Below are positions 1 through 9,458 of a DNA stretch of 64,000 nt, piece after piece (the first letter of the stretch is position 1; every line of letters starts with the position of its first letter). The notes under the pieces are model-generated. The model ran no database searches. It was not told the origin of the DNA and worked only from the letters and a program-made list of their open reading frames with translations. The stretch covers positions 12,129 through 76,128 of the forward strand of contig JAXGQG010000005.1 of the NCBI GenBank assembly GCA_040766535.1, read 5' to 3'. The translations under genes were made by a program, and so were the position numbers. The DNA is from Dehalococcoidia bacterium. GTDB lineage: Bacteria; Chloroflexota; Dehalococcoidia; GIF9; AB-539-J10.

Positions 1-1013
1 CCGACTCCGCGCTGGCGGCCTGGAAGCTGTCCGCGCAGGGCTACGACGTTCTTGGCCTGCACCTGCTGCTGACACGCTCGGCTGAGTCGGAGCAGCTGGT
101 CCACCGCACCACGCAAACCGCCGGCCGCCTGGGAATCAGGCTGGAGATACTCGACGCTACGGATGCCTTCGCATCGCGCGTCATCGCGCCCTTCTGTGCG
201 GAATACGGCGCCGGCAGGACCCCCAACCCGTGCGTCAGCTGCAATCGGGAGATCAAGTTCGACCTCCTGCTGAACGCCGCGCGCGAACGGGGGGCGGACC
301 GACTGGCAACGGGACACTACGCGAGGGTGGGCACGTACGGCGGACGGCCTGCGCTGCTGCGCGCCACTGACCGTCATGCGGACCAGTCGTACTTCCTGTA
401 CGCCATCGATGCGGCCGTGCTCGACCGCCTGGTGCTACCCCTTGGCGAGGCCTCACGGCGCGACGTCCGCGCGTGGGCTGGTGAGCAGGGGCTGGTGAGC
501 GGGAAGTCCAGCCAGGATATCTGCTTTCTCGGTGGACGCGACCTCCACAGCTTCGTATCGCAGCACATTCCGGTCACGCCTGGCGAGGTGGTCGACGTGC
601 AGGGCCGCGTCATGGGCCGGCACCAGGGCCTGGCCCACTACACGATTGGACAGCGCCACGGCCTGGGAATCGCCCTGGGCACTCCCGCCTACGTGGTGCA
701 GCTGGATTCCCGCCACAACAGAGTGGTGATAGGCGAGGATGGCGACCTGCTGTGCGAGGCTGCACGGCTGCGAGACATGCGCTGGCAGGTTCCACCACAA
801 GGCGCGACGCTCCGGGCGGAGGCCCGGGTGCGGTATCGCGCGCAGGCCGTCGCCGCCACCGTCAGCCTCGATGCGGGCGGCGCCACGGTGCGCTTTGAGC
901 AGCCGCAACGGGCGGTCGCGCCGGGGCAATCGGTCGTACTGTACGACAACGATGTGGTTCTCGGCGGTGGAGTGGTCGTCCGAACCTTCGCGGAGGCGTG
1001 CGATGCACACTAG
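1..1013 (+). CDS. mnmA: tRNA 2-thiouridine(34) synthase MnmA, 5' end cut by window edge
   Basis: Frame 3 is open from nt 3 (DSALAAWKLSAQGYDVLGLHLL) and continues into ORF 327..1013. That ORF carries MnmA-like DQSYFLY, QDICF and HYTIGQRHGLG motifs. Stop at 1011-1013. Confidence 0.9.
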   Translation, partial: DSALAAWKLSAQGYDVLGLHLLLTRSAESEQLVHRTTQTAGRLGIRLEILDATDAFASRVIAPFCAEYGAGRTPNPCVSCNREIKFDLLLNAARERGADRLATGHYARVGTYGGRPALLRATDRHADQSYFLYAIDAAVLDRLVLPLGEASRRDVRAWAGEQGLVSGKSSQDICFLGGRDLHSFVSQHIPVTPGEVVDVQGRVMGRHQGLAHYTIGQRHGLGIALGTPAYVVQLDSRHNRVVIGEDGDLLCEAARLRDMRWQVPPQGATLRAEARVRYRAQAVAATVSLDAGGATVRFEQPQRAVAPGQSVVLYDNDVVLGGGVVVRTFAEACDAH

Positions 1014-1644
1014 GGGCGTGGTCCCCACCATCGAGAAGGAACGGCAGCTGCAGGTGGAGGGCGCCTGGCCGGTCGCCGGCGTGGACGAGGCGGGGCGGGG
1101 GGCACTGGCCGGGCCGGTGGTCGCCGGCGCGGTGGTGGCCGACTGGTGTGTGCAGGAGCCGTGGCATGAGGAGGTGCGCGACAGCAAGCAGCTGACGCAG
1201 GCGCAACGGGAACGCCTTTTCGGCCTCATCCTGGAGGGCGCGTCCTCCGTCGGTGTGGGCATCGTGAGCAGCGAGGAGATCGACCGCATCGGCATCGCCG
1301 CCGCCACGCGCAAGGCGATGTACCAGGCCCTTTCCGGACTGGCAATGTCGCCGGGCTGTGTGCTCATCGACTGGTTCACCCTCCCGCGGCTGAGGACACG
1401 GCAGGAGGGCGTGCCGGGCGGAGATGCCCGGTGCGTATCCATCGCCTCGGCGTCAATCGTGGCCAAGGTGACGCGCGACCGCCTGATGCTGGAATTGGAC
1501 CAGCAGTACTGCGGCTATGGCTTCGCCGTCCACAAAGGGTACGGAACGGCGTCGCATCTGCGCTGTCTCGAGCAACTCGGCGCCTGCCCTGCACATCGCA
1601 CCAGCTTCAGGCCGGTGCGCCTCATCACGGGGGGACTGCTGTGA
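1003..1644 (+). CDS. rnhB: ribonuclease HII
   Basis: Internal ATG at 1003 of ORF 739..1644 gives MHTRG...VAGVDEAGRGALAGPVV...DSKQL...SIASASIVAKVTRD...HKGYGT, the RNase HII catalytic pattern. It overlaps the mnmA stop by 11 nt. Confidence 0.9.
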   Translation: MHTRGVVPTIEKERQLQVEGAWPVAGVDEAGRGALAGPVVAGAVVADWCVQEPWHEEVRDSKQLTQAQRERLFGLILEGASSVGVGIVSSEEIDRIGIAAATRKAMYQALSGLAMSPGCVLIDWFTLPRLRTRQEGVPGGDARCVSIASASIVAKVTRDRLMLELDQQYCGYGFAVHKGYGTASHLRCLEQLGACPAHRTSFRPVRLITGGLL

Positions 1645-2009
1645 ATCACCTGGAGGTGGGCCGCCGCGGTGAGGAGCTGGCGCGCGTCCTGTTGAAGCGG
1701 CGAGGGTACAGGATCGTCGACACGAACGTGAGAGGGCACTTCGGAGAGATAGACATCGTGGCCAGGAAGCGCGACTGTCACGTCTTCGTGGAGGTCAGGA
1801 CCCGTACGGGCGACGGATTCGGCACGCCTGAGGAATCCATCACGCCGCGCAAGCGCGAACGCATGGTGGCGTGCGCCCTCGAGTACGTCTCGAAACGGCC
1901 GGAGCTGCAGGACGCGCCCTGGCGCATCGATGTGGTCGCCATCGAACTCGACGAGCAGGGACGTCAAACCAGGGCGGAGGTAATCGAATCGGCCGTGCCG
2001 CTGGATTGA
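1641..2009 (+). CDS. YraN/UPF0102 family endonuclease
   Basis: GTG at 1641 overlaps the rnhB stop (GTGA). Product has GEELA..L...GY.I...N.....GEIDIVA......VFVEVR.R, typical of the YraN family. Confidence 0.8.
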   Translation: MNHLEVGRRGEELARVLLKRRGYRIVDTNVRGHFGEIDIVARKRDCHVFVEVRTRTGDGFGTPEESITPRKRERMVACALEYVSKRPELQDAPWRIDVVAIELDEQGRQTRAEVIESAVPLD

Positions 2010-2062
2010 CGTTCGAGCTGGGGTATAATGGGCAGCACTGTCAGGTGAGGAGGAGATACCGA

Positions 2063-3031
2063 ATGAAGGTCTACGTGTCTTTCTGGCTCCCCGAGGCCCC
2101 GCTGAACGCACTCCGAGAGAAACACACCGTCGTCGTCAATGAGCAGCCCACGCTCCCTTCCCCTGACGAGCTGGCGGTTCAGCTCGCGGATGCGGATGCC
2201 TTCCTCTGCGTCGGCAGCAAGGTCGACAAGGCCCTGCTCGACCGGGTGGGCACACGACTCAAGATCATCGCCAACTGGGGCGTCGGCTACAACAACATCG
2301 ACGCGGAGTATGCCGCGAAGAAGGGCATCATGGTCACGAACACGCCGGACGTGCTGACCGAGACGACGGCGGACATGGCCTGGGCGCTGCTGATGGCGGT
2401 GGCCAGACGGGTGGTGGAGGCCGATGCGTACGTACGCGCGGGGCAGTTCCAGGGGTTCAAACCGTTCGCCATGATGGGCGCAGATGTGTGGGGCAAGACG
2501 CTGGGCATCATCGGGTTCGGGCGTATCGGACAGGCGGTCGGCCGCCGCGCGCTCGGCTTCAAGATGAAGGTGCTGTACTACGACAGCAGGCGGCTGCCGC
2601 CCGAGACCGAACGTTCGCTCTCGGCCACGTACGCGGACGTGGATACGATCGTGCAGGAAGCCGACTTCGTCACGCTGCATGTCCCGCTGCTCGAGGAGAC
2701 GCATCACCTCATCGATGCCAGGCGACTGGCGCTGATGAAACCGACCGCGTTCCTCGTCAACGCGGCACGGGGTCCCGTGGTGGACGAGAAGGCGTTGCTG
2801 AACGCCCTTCGCGAGAAGAAGATCGCCGGGGCGGGACTGGACGTGTTCGAGAAGGAACCCGAACTCACGCCAGGGCTGAGCGAGCTGGCGAACGTGGTGC
2901 TCGCGCCCCATATCGGAAGCGGCACATGGGAGACCAGAACCAACATGGCGCACGTCGCCGCCAGGAACATACTGGCGGCGCTGGACAAGCAGACGCCACC
3001 TAACCTCGTCAACAAGCCCGCCGGCATGTAG
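2063..3031 (+). CDS. D-isomer-specific 2-hydroxyacid dehydrogenase (glyoxylate/hydroxypyruvate reductase-like)
   Basis: ATG at 2063 is preceded by GAGGAGGAG. Product has an NAD-binding GIIGFGRIGQAV motif and a catalytic-region pattern (LVNAARG...D, APHIGS). Confidence 0.85.
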   Translation: MKVYVSFWLPEAPLNALREKHTVVVNEQPTLPSPDELAVQLADADAFLCVGSKVDKALLDRVGTRLKIIANWGVGYNNIDAEYAAKKGIMVTNTPDVLTETTADMAWALLMAVARRVVEADAYVRAGQFQGFKPFAMMGADVWGKTLGIIGFGRIGQAVGRRALGFKMKVLYYDSRRLPPETERSLSATYADVDTIVQEADFVTLHVPLLEETHHLIDARRLALMKPTAFLVNAARGPVVDEKALLNALREKKIAGAGLDVFEKEPELTPGLSELANVVLAPHIGSGTWETRTNMAHVAARNILAALDKQTPPNLVNKPAGM

Positions 3032-3049
3032 CCGCAACCAACGGTGCAA

Positions 3050-3082
3050 AGAGGGGGCAGGTGATGCACACCTGCCCCCTCT
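3050..3082. terminator. bidirectional intrinsic-terminator-like hairpin between convergent genes
   Basis: Perfect 14-bp inverted repeat AGAGGGGGCAGGTG / CACCTGCCCCCTCT with a 5-nt loop. It lies between the stops at 3031 (+) and 3090 (-). Confidence 0.6.
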
Positions 3083-3089
3083 GCTGTTC

Positions 3090-4799
3090 TCAGGCCATCT
3101 TCGTCTCGGCAGCCTTCTCCAGTCCCAGCTCCCGTACCGCCGTCTCGCGCATCTTGAACTTCTGAATCTTCCCGGTGACCGTCATGGGGTATTCGGTGAC
3201 GAACTTCACGTACCTGGGGATCTTGTAGTGCGCGATCCTGCCCTTGCAGAAGGCGCGTATCTCGTCCTCCGTCGCGCTCTCCCCCTCGCGCAGCTCGATC
3301 CACGCCTGGATCTCCTCGCCGTACTTCTCGTCCGGCACACCGATGACCTGCACGTTCCTCACCTTGGGATGAGTGAACAGGAACTCCTCGATCTCCCGGG
3401 GATAGATGTTCTCTCCGCCGCGGATGATCATCTCCTTCGCCCGGCCGGTTATCTTGCAGTAGCCGCGCGCATCCATGGTGGCGAGGTCGCCGCTGTGCAG
3501 CCAGTGTGCCGGGTCGATGGCCTCGGCCGTGCCCTTCGGGTTGTTGTGGTAGCCGCGCATGATGTTGTAGCCACGGTAGCAGATCTCGCCCTGAACGCCA
3601 CAGGGAACGATGGCGCCGGTCTCACGGTCGACCACCTTCAACTCGACGTGCGGCATGGGCAGCCCCACGGTGCCGGTCCGGTCCTCAAGCGACGCATCCA
3701 CGGGCGTCTGGGTCACCACCGGCGACGACTCGGTCTCGCCATAGCAGATGGTCATCTGGCTCGCGTGCATGCGGCTGACCAGCTTCTTCATCACCTCGAT
3801 GGGACAGGGAGCCCCCGCCATGATGCCGGTGCGGAGCGAACTGAAGTCGAAGGAATCGAACTGGGGATGCTCAAGCTCGGCAATGAACATCGTGGGAACG
3901 CCATGCAGCGCCGTGCAGCGCTCCTGCTGCACGGCCTTCATCGTGGCCAGCGCATCGAAGCTCTCCGCCGGCAACACCATGGTGGCTCCATGCGTCATGC
4001 AGGTGATGTTGGACATCACCATGCCGAAGCAGTGATAGAAGGGCACAGGGATGCAGAGCCGGTCCCTGTCCGTGAACAGCATCCCCTCTCCCACGAAGAA
4101 GCCGTTGTTGAGTATATTGTGGTGGGTGAGGGATGCGCCCTTGGGGAGCCCGGTGGTGCCCGAGGTGTACTGGATGTTTATGACATCGTCGATGTCGAGC
4201 GAAGCCTGCCGCGACGCCAGTTCCTCATCCGGGACATCGTGTCCCAGCGCCAGGAACTGCTCCCACGTGTACATGCCGGGGTGCGGCTGCGGGCCCATGA
4301 GCGCGACCGTGCGCAGCAGTGGGAGCTTCGCGCTGTTCATCGCTCCGGGAGTGGCTTCGCTCACCTCCGGGCAGACCGACGTGAGCATGGCCACGTAGTC
4401 GGACGTCTTGAACCGCTCGATGAGCAGGAGCGCGCTCGCACCCGAGTCCTTCAGCGCGTGCTCCAGCTCGTGGGTGCGGTAGGCCGGATTGATGTTCACC
4501 ATTACCGCGCCAATCATGGCGGTCCCGAATTGCACCAGCACCCATTCAGGATGATTGGTGGCCCAGATGGCGACGCGGTCGCCCCGCGCGATGCCGAGCT
4601 TCATGAGGGACTTGGCGACTCTGCGGCAATCGGCCTGCAACCGGGCATAGGACCAGCGCCGGCCGGTGGGGACGTCAACGATGGCGTCGTTATCGGGAAA
4701 ACGCGACACGATGTGGTCGAGGTAGTCCGGAATGGTCAGTCCGATGAGTGGAGTCGAGGAAGCCCCGTACGCATAGCTGAGTGCGGCTGAACGAGCCAT
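3090..4799 (-). CDS. AMP-dependent acyl-CoA synthetase/ligase (ANL superfamily)
   Basis: Motifs IQYTSGTTGLPKG, YGETE, GDL...D..GY..I.GR.K. I chose the internal ATG at 4799 (MARSAAL) because GGAGGGAG precedes it. Confidence 0.85.
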   Translation of the reverse strand: MARSAALSYAYGASSTPLIGLTIPDYLDHIVSRFPDNDAIVDVPTGRRWSYARLQADCRRVAKSLMKLGIARGDRVAIWATNHPEWVLVQFGTAMIGAVMVNINPAYRTHELEHALKDSGASALLLIERFKTSDYVAMLTSVCPEVSEATPGAMNSAKLPLLRTVALMGPQPHPGMYTWEQFLALGHDVPDEELASRQASLDIDDVINIQYTSGTTGLPKGASLTHHNILNNGFFVGEGMLFTDRDRLCIPVPFYHCFGMVMSNITCMTHGATMVLPAESFDALATMKAVQQERCTALHGVPTMFIAELEHPQFDSFDFSSLRTGIMAGAPCPIEVMKKLVSRMHASQMTICYGETESSPVVTQTPVDASLEDRTGTVGLPMPHVELKVVDRETGAIVPCGVQGEICYRGYNIMRGYHNNPKGTAEAIDPAHWLHSGDLATMDARGYCKITGRAKEMIIRGGENIYPREIEEFLFTHPKVRNVQVIGVPDEKYGEEIQAWIELREGESATEDEIRAFCKGRIAHYKIPRYVKFVTEYPMTVTGKIQKFKMRETAVRELGLEKAAETKMA

Positions 4800-4883
4800 A
4801 TGTCTCCCTCCTGCGCTATTGAGTCTCGGTATGCTGGCCTGCGAGCCGGGGAGCTCAGGCACCTGCATTCCCGCTAACCGGCG

Positions 4884-6125
4884 CTACATGTACCTGCTGA
4901 GCACCTCCGGAACCAGGACTGAACCGTCAGGCTGCTGGTAGTTCTCGAGCACGGCGATGAGGACTCTTGGAAGCGCCAGCCCCGAGCCGTTGAGCGTATG
5001 GGGCAACTGAGGCTTGGCGTTGGGGTCGGGGCGGAAGCGCACGTTCGCGCGGCGCGCCTGGAAGTCCCAGCAGTTGCTGCAGGAACTGACCTCGAGCCAC
5101 TCGTTGGAACCGGGAGCCCACACCTCGAGATCGAACGTCTTGCAGGAGGCGAATCCGAGATCGCCGGTACACAGCTGCACCACCCGGTAATGCAATCCGA
5201 GCTGCCGCAGCACGTCCTCGGCGTCAGCCACCAGGCGGTCGAGTTCAGCATCGGAATCCTCGGGCCGCACGTACTTGTACAGCTCGACCTTGTCGAACTG
5301 GTGTCCGCGCTTGATGCCACGCGTGTCCTTACCGGCCGCCATCTTCTCCCTGCGGAAGCACGGGGTATAGGCCGCGTAGTACAGCGGCAGGCTGGCGCCA
5401 TCGAGTATCTCATCCCGGTGCAGATTGGTGAGCGGTACCTCGGCGGTGGGAACGAACCAGTAGTCCTCCTCCGCGTCATGGTACAGGTTGTCGGCGAACT
5501 TGGGCAGGTTGCCGGAGCCGACCATGCACTCGCGGTGCAGCATGAATGGGAGGTAGACCTCCCTGTAGCCATGCGACTTGGTGTGGAGGTCGAGCATGAA
5601 CGCGATCAGCGCGCGCTGAAGCCGGGCGCCCAGCCCCTTGAGTACGTAGAAACGACTCCCGGAGAGCTTGACGCCCCGGGCGAAGTCGATGATGTCCAGC
5701 CGCTCCCCGATCTCCCAGTGAGGCAGCGGCGCGAAGTCGAACGCCGGCGGCGTTCCCACCATGCGGACGACCACATTGTCGGCCGCATCCGCGCCCTGCG
5801 GCACGCTGGGGTGCGGCAGGTTGGGCAACTCCAGCAGCAACGCATCGAGCGTGTCCTTGGCCTCCCGCGTCTGGCGCTGGAGTTCGGCCGAGCGCTCGCC
5901 CATCAGCCGCAACTCGTCCAGCAGGTGCTGCGGCTTCTCCTTCGAGCGGCCCAGCTCCTTGCTGGCCTGATTGTGTTGTGCCCGCAGATCCTCGGACTCC
6001 CGCAACAGGCTCCGGTAGCGTTCGTCGGCCTCAACCACCGGCGCGAGCGCGTTCGGCATGCCCCGGGACACCATGGCGCGCTCTACGGCAGCGCGGTCTT
6101 CTCGAATAAGTCGAATATCAAGCAT
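4884..6125 (-). CDS. serS: seryl-tRNA synthetase
   Basis: MLDIRLIRED N-terminal coiled-coil arm followed by a class II core (FRRE, GHQF.KVE, TLNGSGLA). The start overlaps the lysS stop by 8 nt. Confidence 0.95.
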   Translation of the reverse strand: MLDIRLIREDRAAVERAMVSRGMPNALAPVVEADERYRSLLRESEDLRAQHNQASKELGRSKEKPQHLLDELRLMGERSAELQRQTREAKDTLDALLLELPNLPHPSVPQGADAADNVVVRMVGTPPAFDFAPLPHWEIGERLDIIDFARGVKLSGSRFYVLKGLGARLQRALIAFMLDLHTKSHGYREVYLPFMLHRECMVGSGNLPKFADNLYHDAEEDYWFVPTAEVPLTNLHRDEILDGASLPLYYAAYTPCFRREKMAAGKDTRGIKRGHQFDKVELYKYVRPEDSDAELDRLVADAEDVLRQLGLHYRVVQLCTGDLGFASCKTFDLEVWAPGSNEWLEVSSCSNCWDFQARRANVRFRPDPNAKPQLPHTLNGSGLALPRVLIAVLENYQQPDGSVLVPEVLSRYM

Positions 6126-7590
6126 CTCGCTTCCCCCTTAACTGAGGAAAGAGTATCACGTCACGTATCGATTCTTGACCCGTCAGCAGCATGACCAGGC
6201 GGTCGATTCCGATGCCCAATCCTCCCGTTGGCGGCATGCCGTACTCCATCGCCTCGACGAAGTCGTCATCGGCCACCTGTACCTCCTCATCGCCGACGCG
6301 CTCGCGGAGCTGCTGCTCCAGGCGTTCGCGTTGGTCGACCGGATCGTTCAGCTCGGAGAACGCATTGGCGAATTCGAGGCCGCAGATGAACGCCTCGAAA
6401 CGCTCCACCAGCCGCGGATTACCGCGCTTCTTCTTGGGGAACGGGGACATCTCCATGGGGTAGTCGTACAGGAACGTGGGCTGTTCCAGCTTCGGCTCCA
6501 CGAACGTAGAGATGAGTTCGTCGATGAGCCGTCCCCGTCCCGGCCTGCCCTCGATGTGCACGCCCTCCTGCAGCATCCGTTCGTGCAGGCTCTCGGCATC
6601 GCGATAGTCCTCGAAATCGATGCCGCTCGCCTCGATCACCGCGTCGCGCAACGACAACCGCCGCCACGGCGGCGCCAGCTCGACGCTGTGCCCCCTGAAC
6701 TCCACCCTGGTGGTGCCCAGGACGGTCTGCGCCACGGAGGAAAACAGGCGCTCCGTCAGGTCCATCATGTCCTCGTAGTCGGCATAGGCGCAATAGCACT
6801 CCATGAGCGTGAACTCCGGATTGTGCCGCACCGAGATGCCCTCGTTCCTGAACACACGGCCCATCTCATACACGCGGTCGATGCCGCCCACGATGAGCTT
6901 CTTGAGAGACAGCTCCAGCGCGATGCGCAGGTACAGGTCCTCGTCGAGCGCGTGGTGGTGGGTGACGAAGGGCCGCGCCAGCGCGCCGCCGGCCGTGCCC
7001 TGCAGCACCGGGGTTTCGACCTCCACATAGCCCTCATCCTCGAGGAATCTCCTCGTCGCGCTGACAGCCTTGCTGCGCACCGAAAACACGCGGCGCGCCT
7101 CATCGCTGGATATCAGGTCGAGATACCTTTGCCGGTACCGGGTTTCGACGTCGACGAGGCCGTGCCATTTCTCCGGCAACGGTCTGAGCGACTTCGCCAG
7201 GAGCGTGACCGAGGCGGCTTCGACCGTGACCTCACCGGTCCTGGTCAGAAACAGCTCGCCCTCCACGCCGACGAAGTCGCCGATATCGATATCCCTGACG
7301 ATCGCGAATCGCTCGTCACCGAGAACATCCTGCCGCAGACACGCCTGGATCTTTCCCGAAGCATCGCGTACATCGATGAACGCCATCTTGCCCATCTTAC
7401 GCCGGGCCATGATGCGGCCGGCCACCGACACGGGCCTGGTCCGTTCGCCCTCGCGCTCGCACAGCGAACGTGCGGCGGCGGCGGAGTGTGACGGGTGATA
7501 CGTGTGAGGATAGGGGTCTATGCCCCTCGCCCGGAGGTCCTCAATCGCTTTGATGCGTTCTTCGGTGACACGATCGAGACGTGAACCCAT
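6118..7590 (-). CDS. lysS: lysyl-tRNA synthetase, class II
   Basis: OB-fold N-terminus (VAGRIMARRKMGKMAFIDVRD) and class II motifs (RVFRNEG, GGLGIGIDRLVMLL). Confidence 0.95.
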   Translation of the reverse strand: MGSRLDRVTEERIKAIEDLRARGIDPYPHTYHPSHSAAAARSLCEREGERTRPVSVAGRIMARRKMGKMAFIDVRDASGKIQACLRQDVLGDERFAIVRDIDIGDFVGVEGELFLTRTGEVTVEAASVTLLAKSLRPLPEKWHGLVDVETRYRQRYLDLISSDEARRVFSVRSKAVSATRRFLEDEGYVEVETPVLQGTAGGALARPFVTHHHALDEDLYLRIALELSLKKLIVGGIDRVYEMGRVFRNEGISVRHNPEFTLMECYCAYADYEDMMDLTERLFSSVAQTVLGTTRVEFRGHSVELAPPWRRLSLRDAVIEASGIDFEDYRDAESLHERMLQEGVHIEGRPGRGRLIDELISTFVEPKLEQPTFLYDYPMEMSPFPKKKRGNPRLVERFEAFICGLEFANAFSELNDPVDQRERLEQQLRERVGDEEVQVADDDFVEAMEYGMPPTGGLGIGIDRLVMLLTGQESIRDVILFPQLRGKRDA

Positions 7591-7648
7591 GGTTGTCCCT
7601 TCACAGCGCGGTCAGACGCTGCGCCGCGCAGTTGCACGGTCGTGGGGT

Positions 7649-7906
7649 TCATATCGGCGGGGATGCATCCTCACCGTTCTCCGCGGGTCCGCTGGCTGCG
7701 AGCACGGCCCTGGCCTGCTCATAGAGTGATTCCGGCACGAGGATGCGCACCTCGCCGAGGCCGTCGACCGTCAAGCCATAGACGATCGCGGCGCTCTCGT
7801 AGCTCAGCGCGGCCGGAATGCCGTTGTCCTCAAGCCGGGCGCGGATGATATGGGCCTCTCCGTGCCTGGACCTGCAAAGCACCACCAGTGCATTCCCGGC
7901 GGTCAT
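7649..7906 (-). CDS. small DUF2007-like (putative signal-transducing) protein
   Basis: Internal ATG at 7906 (MTAGNALVVL..AHIIRARLEDNGIPA) matches the remembered DUF2007 N-terminal pattern. Start is uncertain (ORF opens at 7945). Confidence 0.5.
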   Translation of the reverse strand: MTAGNALVVLCRSRHGEAHIIRARLEDNGIPAALSYESAAIVYGLTVDGLGEVRILVPESLYEQARAVLAASGPAENGEDASPPI

Positions 7907-7996
7907 CGTACCTCGGGCTATTCTAGCAGAAAGCAAAACCGGCACGATAGGAGCAGGGGGCGCTGGACGCCTCTGAGGCGCGCCCGCTCATGTTCC

Positions 7997-8026
7997 TTGA
8001 CCCCTCTGTTCAGGTTTCGCTACAAT
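7997..8026 (+). promoter_or_regulatory. sigma70-like promoter candidate for speH-speE
   Basis: TTGACC (7997-8002), 18-nt spacer, TACAAT (8021-8026). Confidence 0.4.
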
Positions 8027-8036
8027 TCCGAGCAGC

Positions 8037-8057
8037 ATGCCCAGCACTGCTGGGCAT
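8037..8057 (+). promoter_or_regulatory. strong leader hairpin upstream of speH (possible attenuator)
   Basis: ATGCCCAGC-ACT-GCTGGGCAT, a 9-bp perfect stem followed by TATCTCTTAT. It lies between the promoter candidate and the speH RBS. Confidence 0.35.
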
Positions 8058-8098
8058 TATCTCTTATGGCGTGAGCTGTTCCCAAGGAGGATGGTAAT

Positions 8099-8476
8099 TT
8101 GTATGCCCTGGGCAAACACCTTCTGATAGAACTGAAGCAGTGCAACGCAAGCCTGCTCGACAACCTCGACTTCCTCAAAGAGACACTTCACACCGCGGCG
8201 GTCCGCTGCGGAGCCACAGTAGTAGGAGACTCCTTCTATCACTTCACGCCTCACGGCGTCAGCGGCGTGGTGAACATCGCCGAATCACATATCTCCATCC
8301 ATACGTGGCCGGAATGCTGCTATGCCGCCGTGGATGTGTTCACCTGTGGCGACCGCGTGCAGCCGGAAGAGGCGGCGCGGTACATCATGCAGGCAGTTGA
8401 GGCGGGGGAATGCTCGGTTATGGAGATGCGTCGTGGGCTGCTTCAGGCGAGCCCGGTGCACGGTGCAACCGTATGA
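8099..8476 (+). CDS. speH: S-adenosylmethionine decarboxylase proenzyme (small, SpeH-type)
   Basis: TTG start 7 nt after AAGGAGGA. Has LGKHLLIEL..C and the self-processing site context AESHISIHTWPE. Confidence 0.9.
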   Translation: MYALGKHLLIELKQCNASLLDNLDFLKETLHTAAVRCGATVVGDSFYHFTPHGVSGVVNIAESHISIHTWPECCYAAVDVFTCGDRVQPEEAARYIMQAVEAGECSVMEMRRGLLQASPVHGATV

Positions 8477-9396
8477 ACGAAACCTCACCCATCCGCAACT
8501 CCTGGTTCCACGATGCGCTGTCTCCCGACCTGGCGATGGTGCACCGCATCGACGAGTACCTCTACTCCGGACGCAGCCCCTACCAGGGCATCGAGGTGAT
8601 CCGCACTGGCAGCTTCGGCGTCTGCCTTGTACTCGACGGGAAGATCCAGTCCAGCCAGGCAGACGAGTTCGTCTATCATGAGGCGCTGGTGCAGCCCGCC
8701 ATGCTGGCGCACCCTGAGCCACGGACCGTCCTCATCGCGGGCGGCGGTGAAGGCGCAACGCTGCGGGAGGCTTTGCGGCACCATTCCGTCGAGCGCGTGA
8801 CCATGGTGGACCTCGACGAACAGGTGGTTTCCGTCTGCAAGCAGTATCTACCTGCCTGGAGCAACGGCGCATTCGACGACCCTCGTACCGAACTCATCGT
8901 CGGCGACGCCCGGAAGTTCATGGAGGAGACTCCGCGGCGGTTCGACGTGATCATCATCGACCTGCCGGATCCGCTCGAGGTGGGCCCGGCACAGCTGCTG
9001 TACACCAGGGAGTTCTACTCGGCCGCCAGGCGCTGTGTCGCCCCGGGAGGCATCATATCCGTCCAGTCCGAGTCGTCGCGCTGGTACGATCTCCAGGCGT
9101 TCGTGGCGATCGTGCGCACCATCGGCGATGTGTTCCGGATCGTCTCGCCATACCAGGTGCACGTGCCCTCATTCTCCAGTCTGTGGGGTTTCACGTGCGC
9201 GTCCGAATCTCTCTCGGCGGCTGCCCTCGACCCGGCGGAAATCGATGCGCGGATCGCGCGGCGCGTGACCGGTCAGCTGCGCTCCTACGATGGCGCGGCG
9301 CACGCCGGCATGTTCTCGCTGCCGAAGCACATCAGGACCGAGATCGCAGCTACGAACACGGTGATCACCGACAGCCATCCGCTCTGTGTTTACTAG
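8473..9396 (+). CDS. speE: spermidine synthase (polyamine aminopropyltransferase)
   Basis: ATG at 8473 overlaps the speH stop (ATGA). Motifs YQ.IEV, VLDG..Q, IAGGGEGAT.RE, IIIDLPDP. Confidence 0.9.
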   Translation: MNETSPIRNSWFHDALSPDLAMVHRIDEYLYSGRSPYQGIEVIRTGSFGVCLVLDGKIQSSQADEFVYHEALVQPAMLAHPEPRTVLIAGGGEGATLREALRHHSVERVTMVDLDEQVVSVCKQYLPAWSNGAFDDPRTELIVGDARKFMEETPRRFDVIIIDLPDPLEVGPAQLLYTREFYSAARRCVAPGGIISVQSESSRWYDLQAFVAIVRTIGDVFRIVSPYQVHVPSFSSLWGFTCASESLSAAALDPAEIDARIARRVTGQLRSYDGAAHAGMFSLPKHIRTEIAATNTVITDSHPLCVY

Positions 9397-9435
9397 CAGG
9401 CGGGCACACCCTGTTTCCTCCTCAAACGGAAGCGA

Positions 9436-9444
9436 TGCTATAAT
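9436..9444 (+). promoter_or_regulatory. extended -10 element (TGcTATAAT) upstream of pcrA
   Basis: TGCTATAAT ends 14 nt before the pcrA ATG, and no clear SD lies between them. This implies a very short leader. Confidence 0.35.
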
Positions 9445-9458
9445 CGCTCATATTTGCC

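Noticed and set aside
453-1466. 337-aa minus-strand ORF overlapping mnmA and rnhB. Similar long antisense ORFs include 3228..4790 (+), 4998..6194 (+), 6175..7491 (+), 36856..38550 (+), 44264..45967 (+) and 46321..47799 (+).
   Set aside because: Each lies antisense to a gene with unmistakable family motifs. The products are Arg/Ala/Pro/His-rich with no motifs. This is the typical open-frame artefact of GC-rich DNA.
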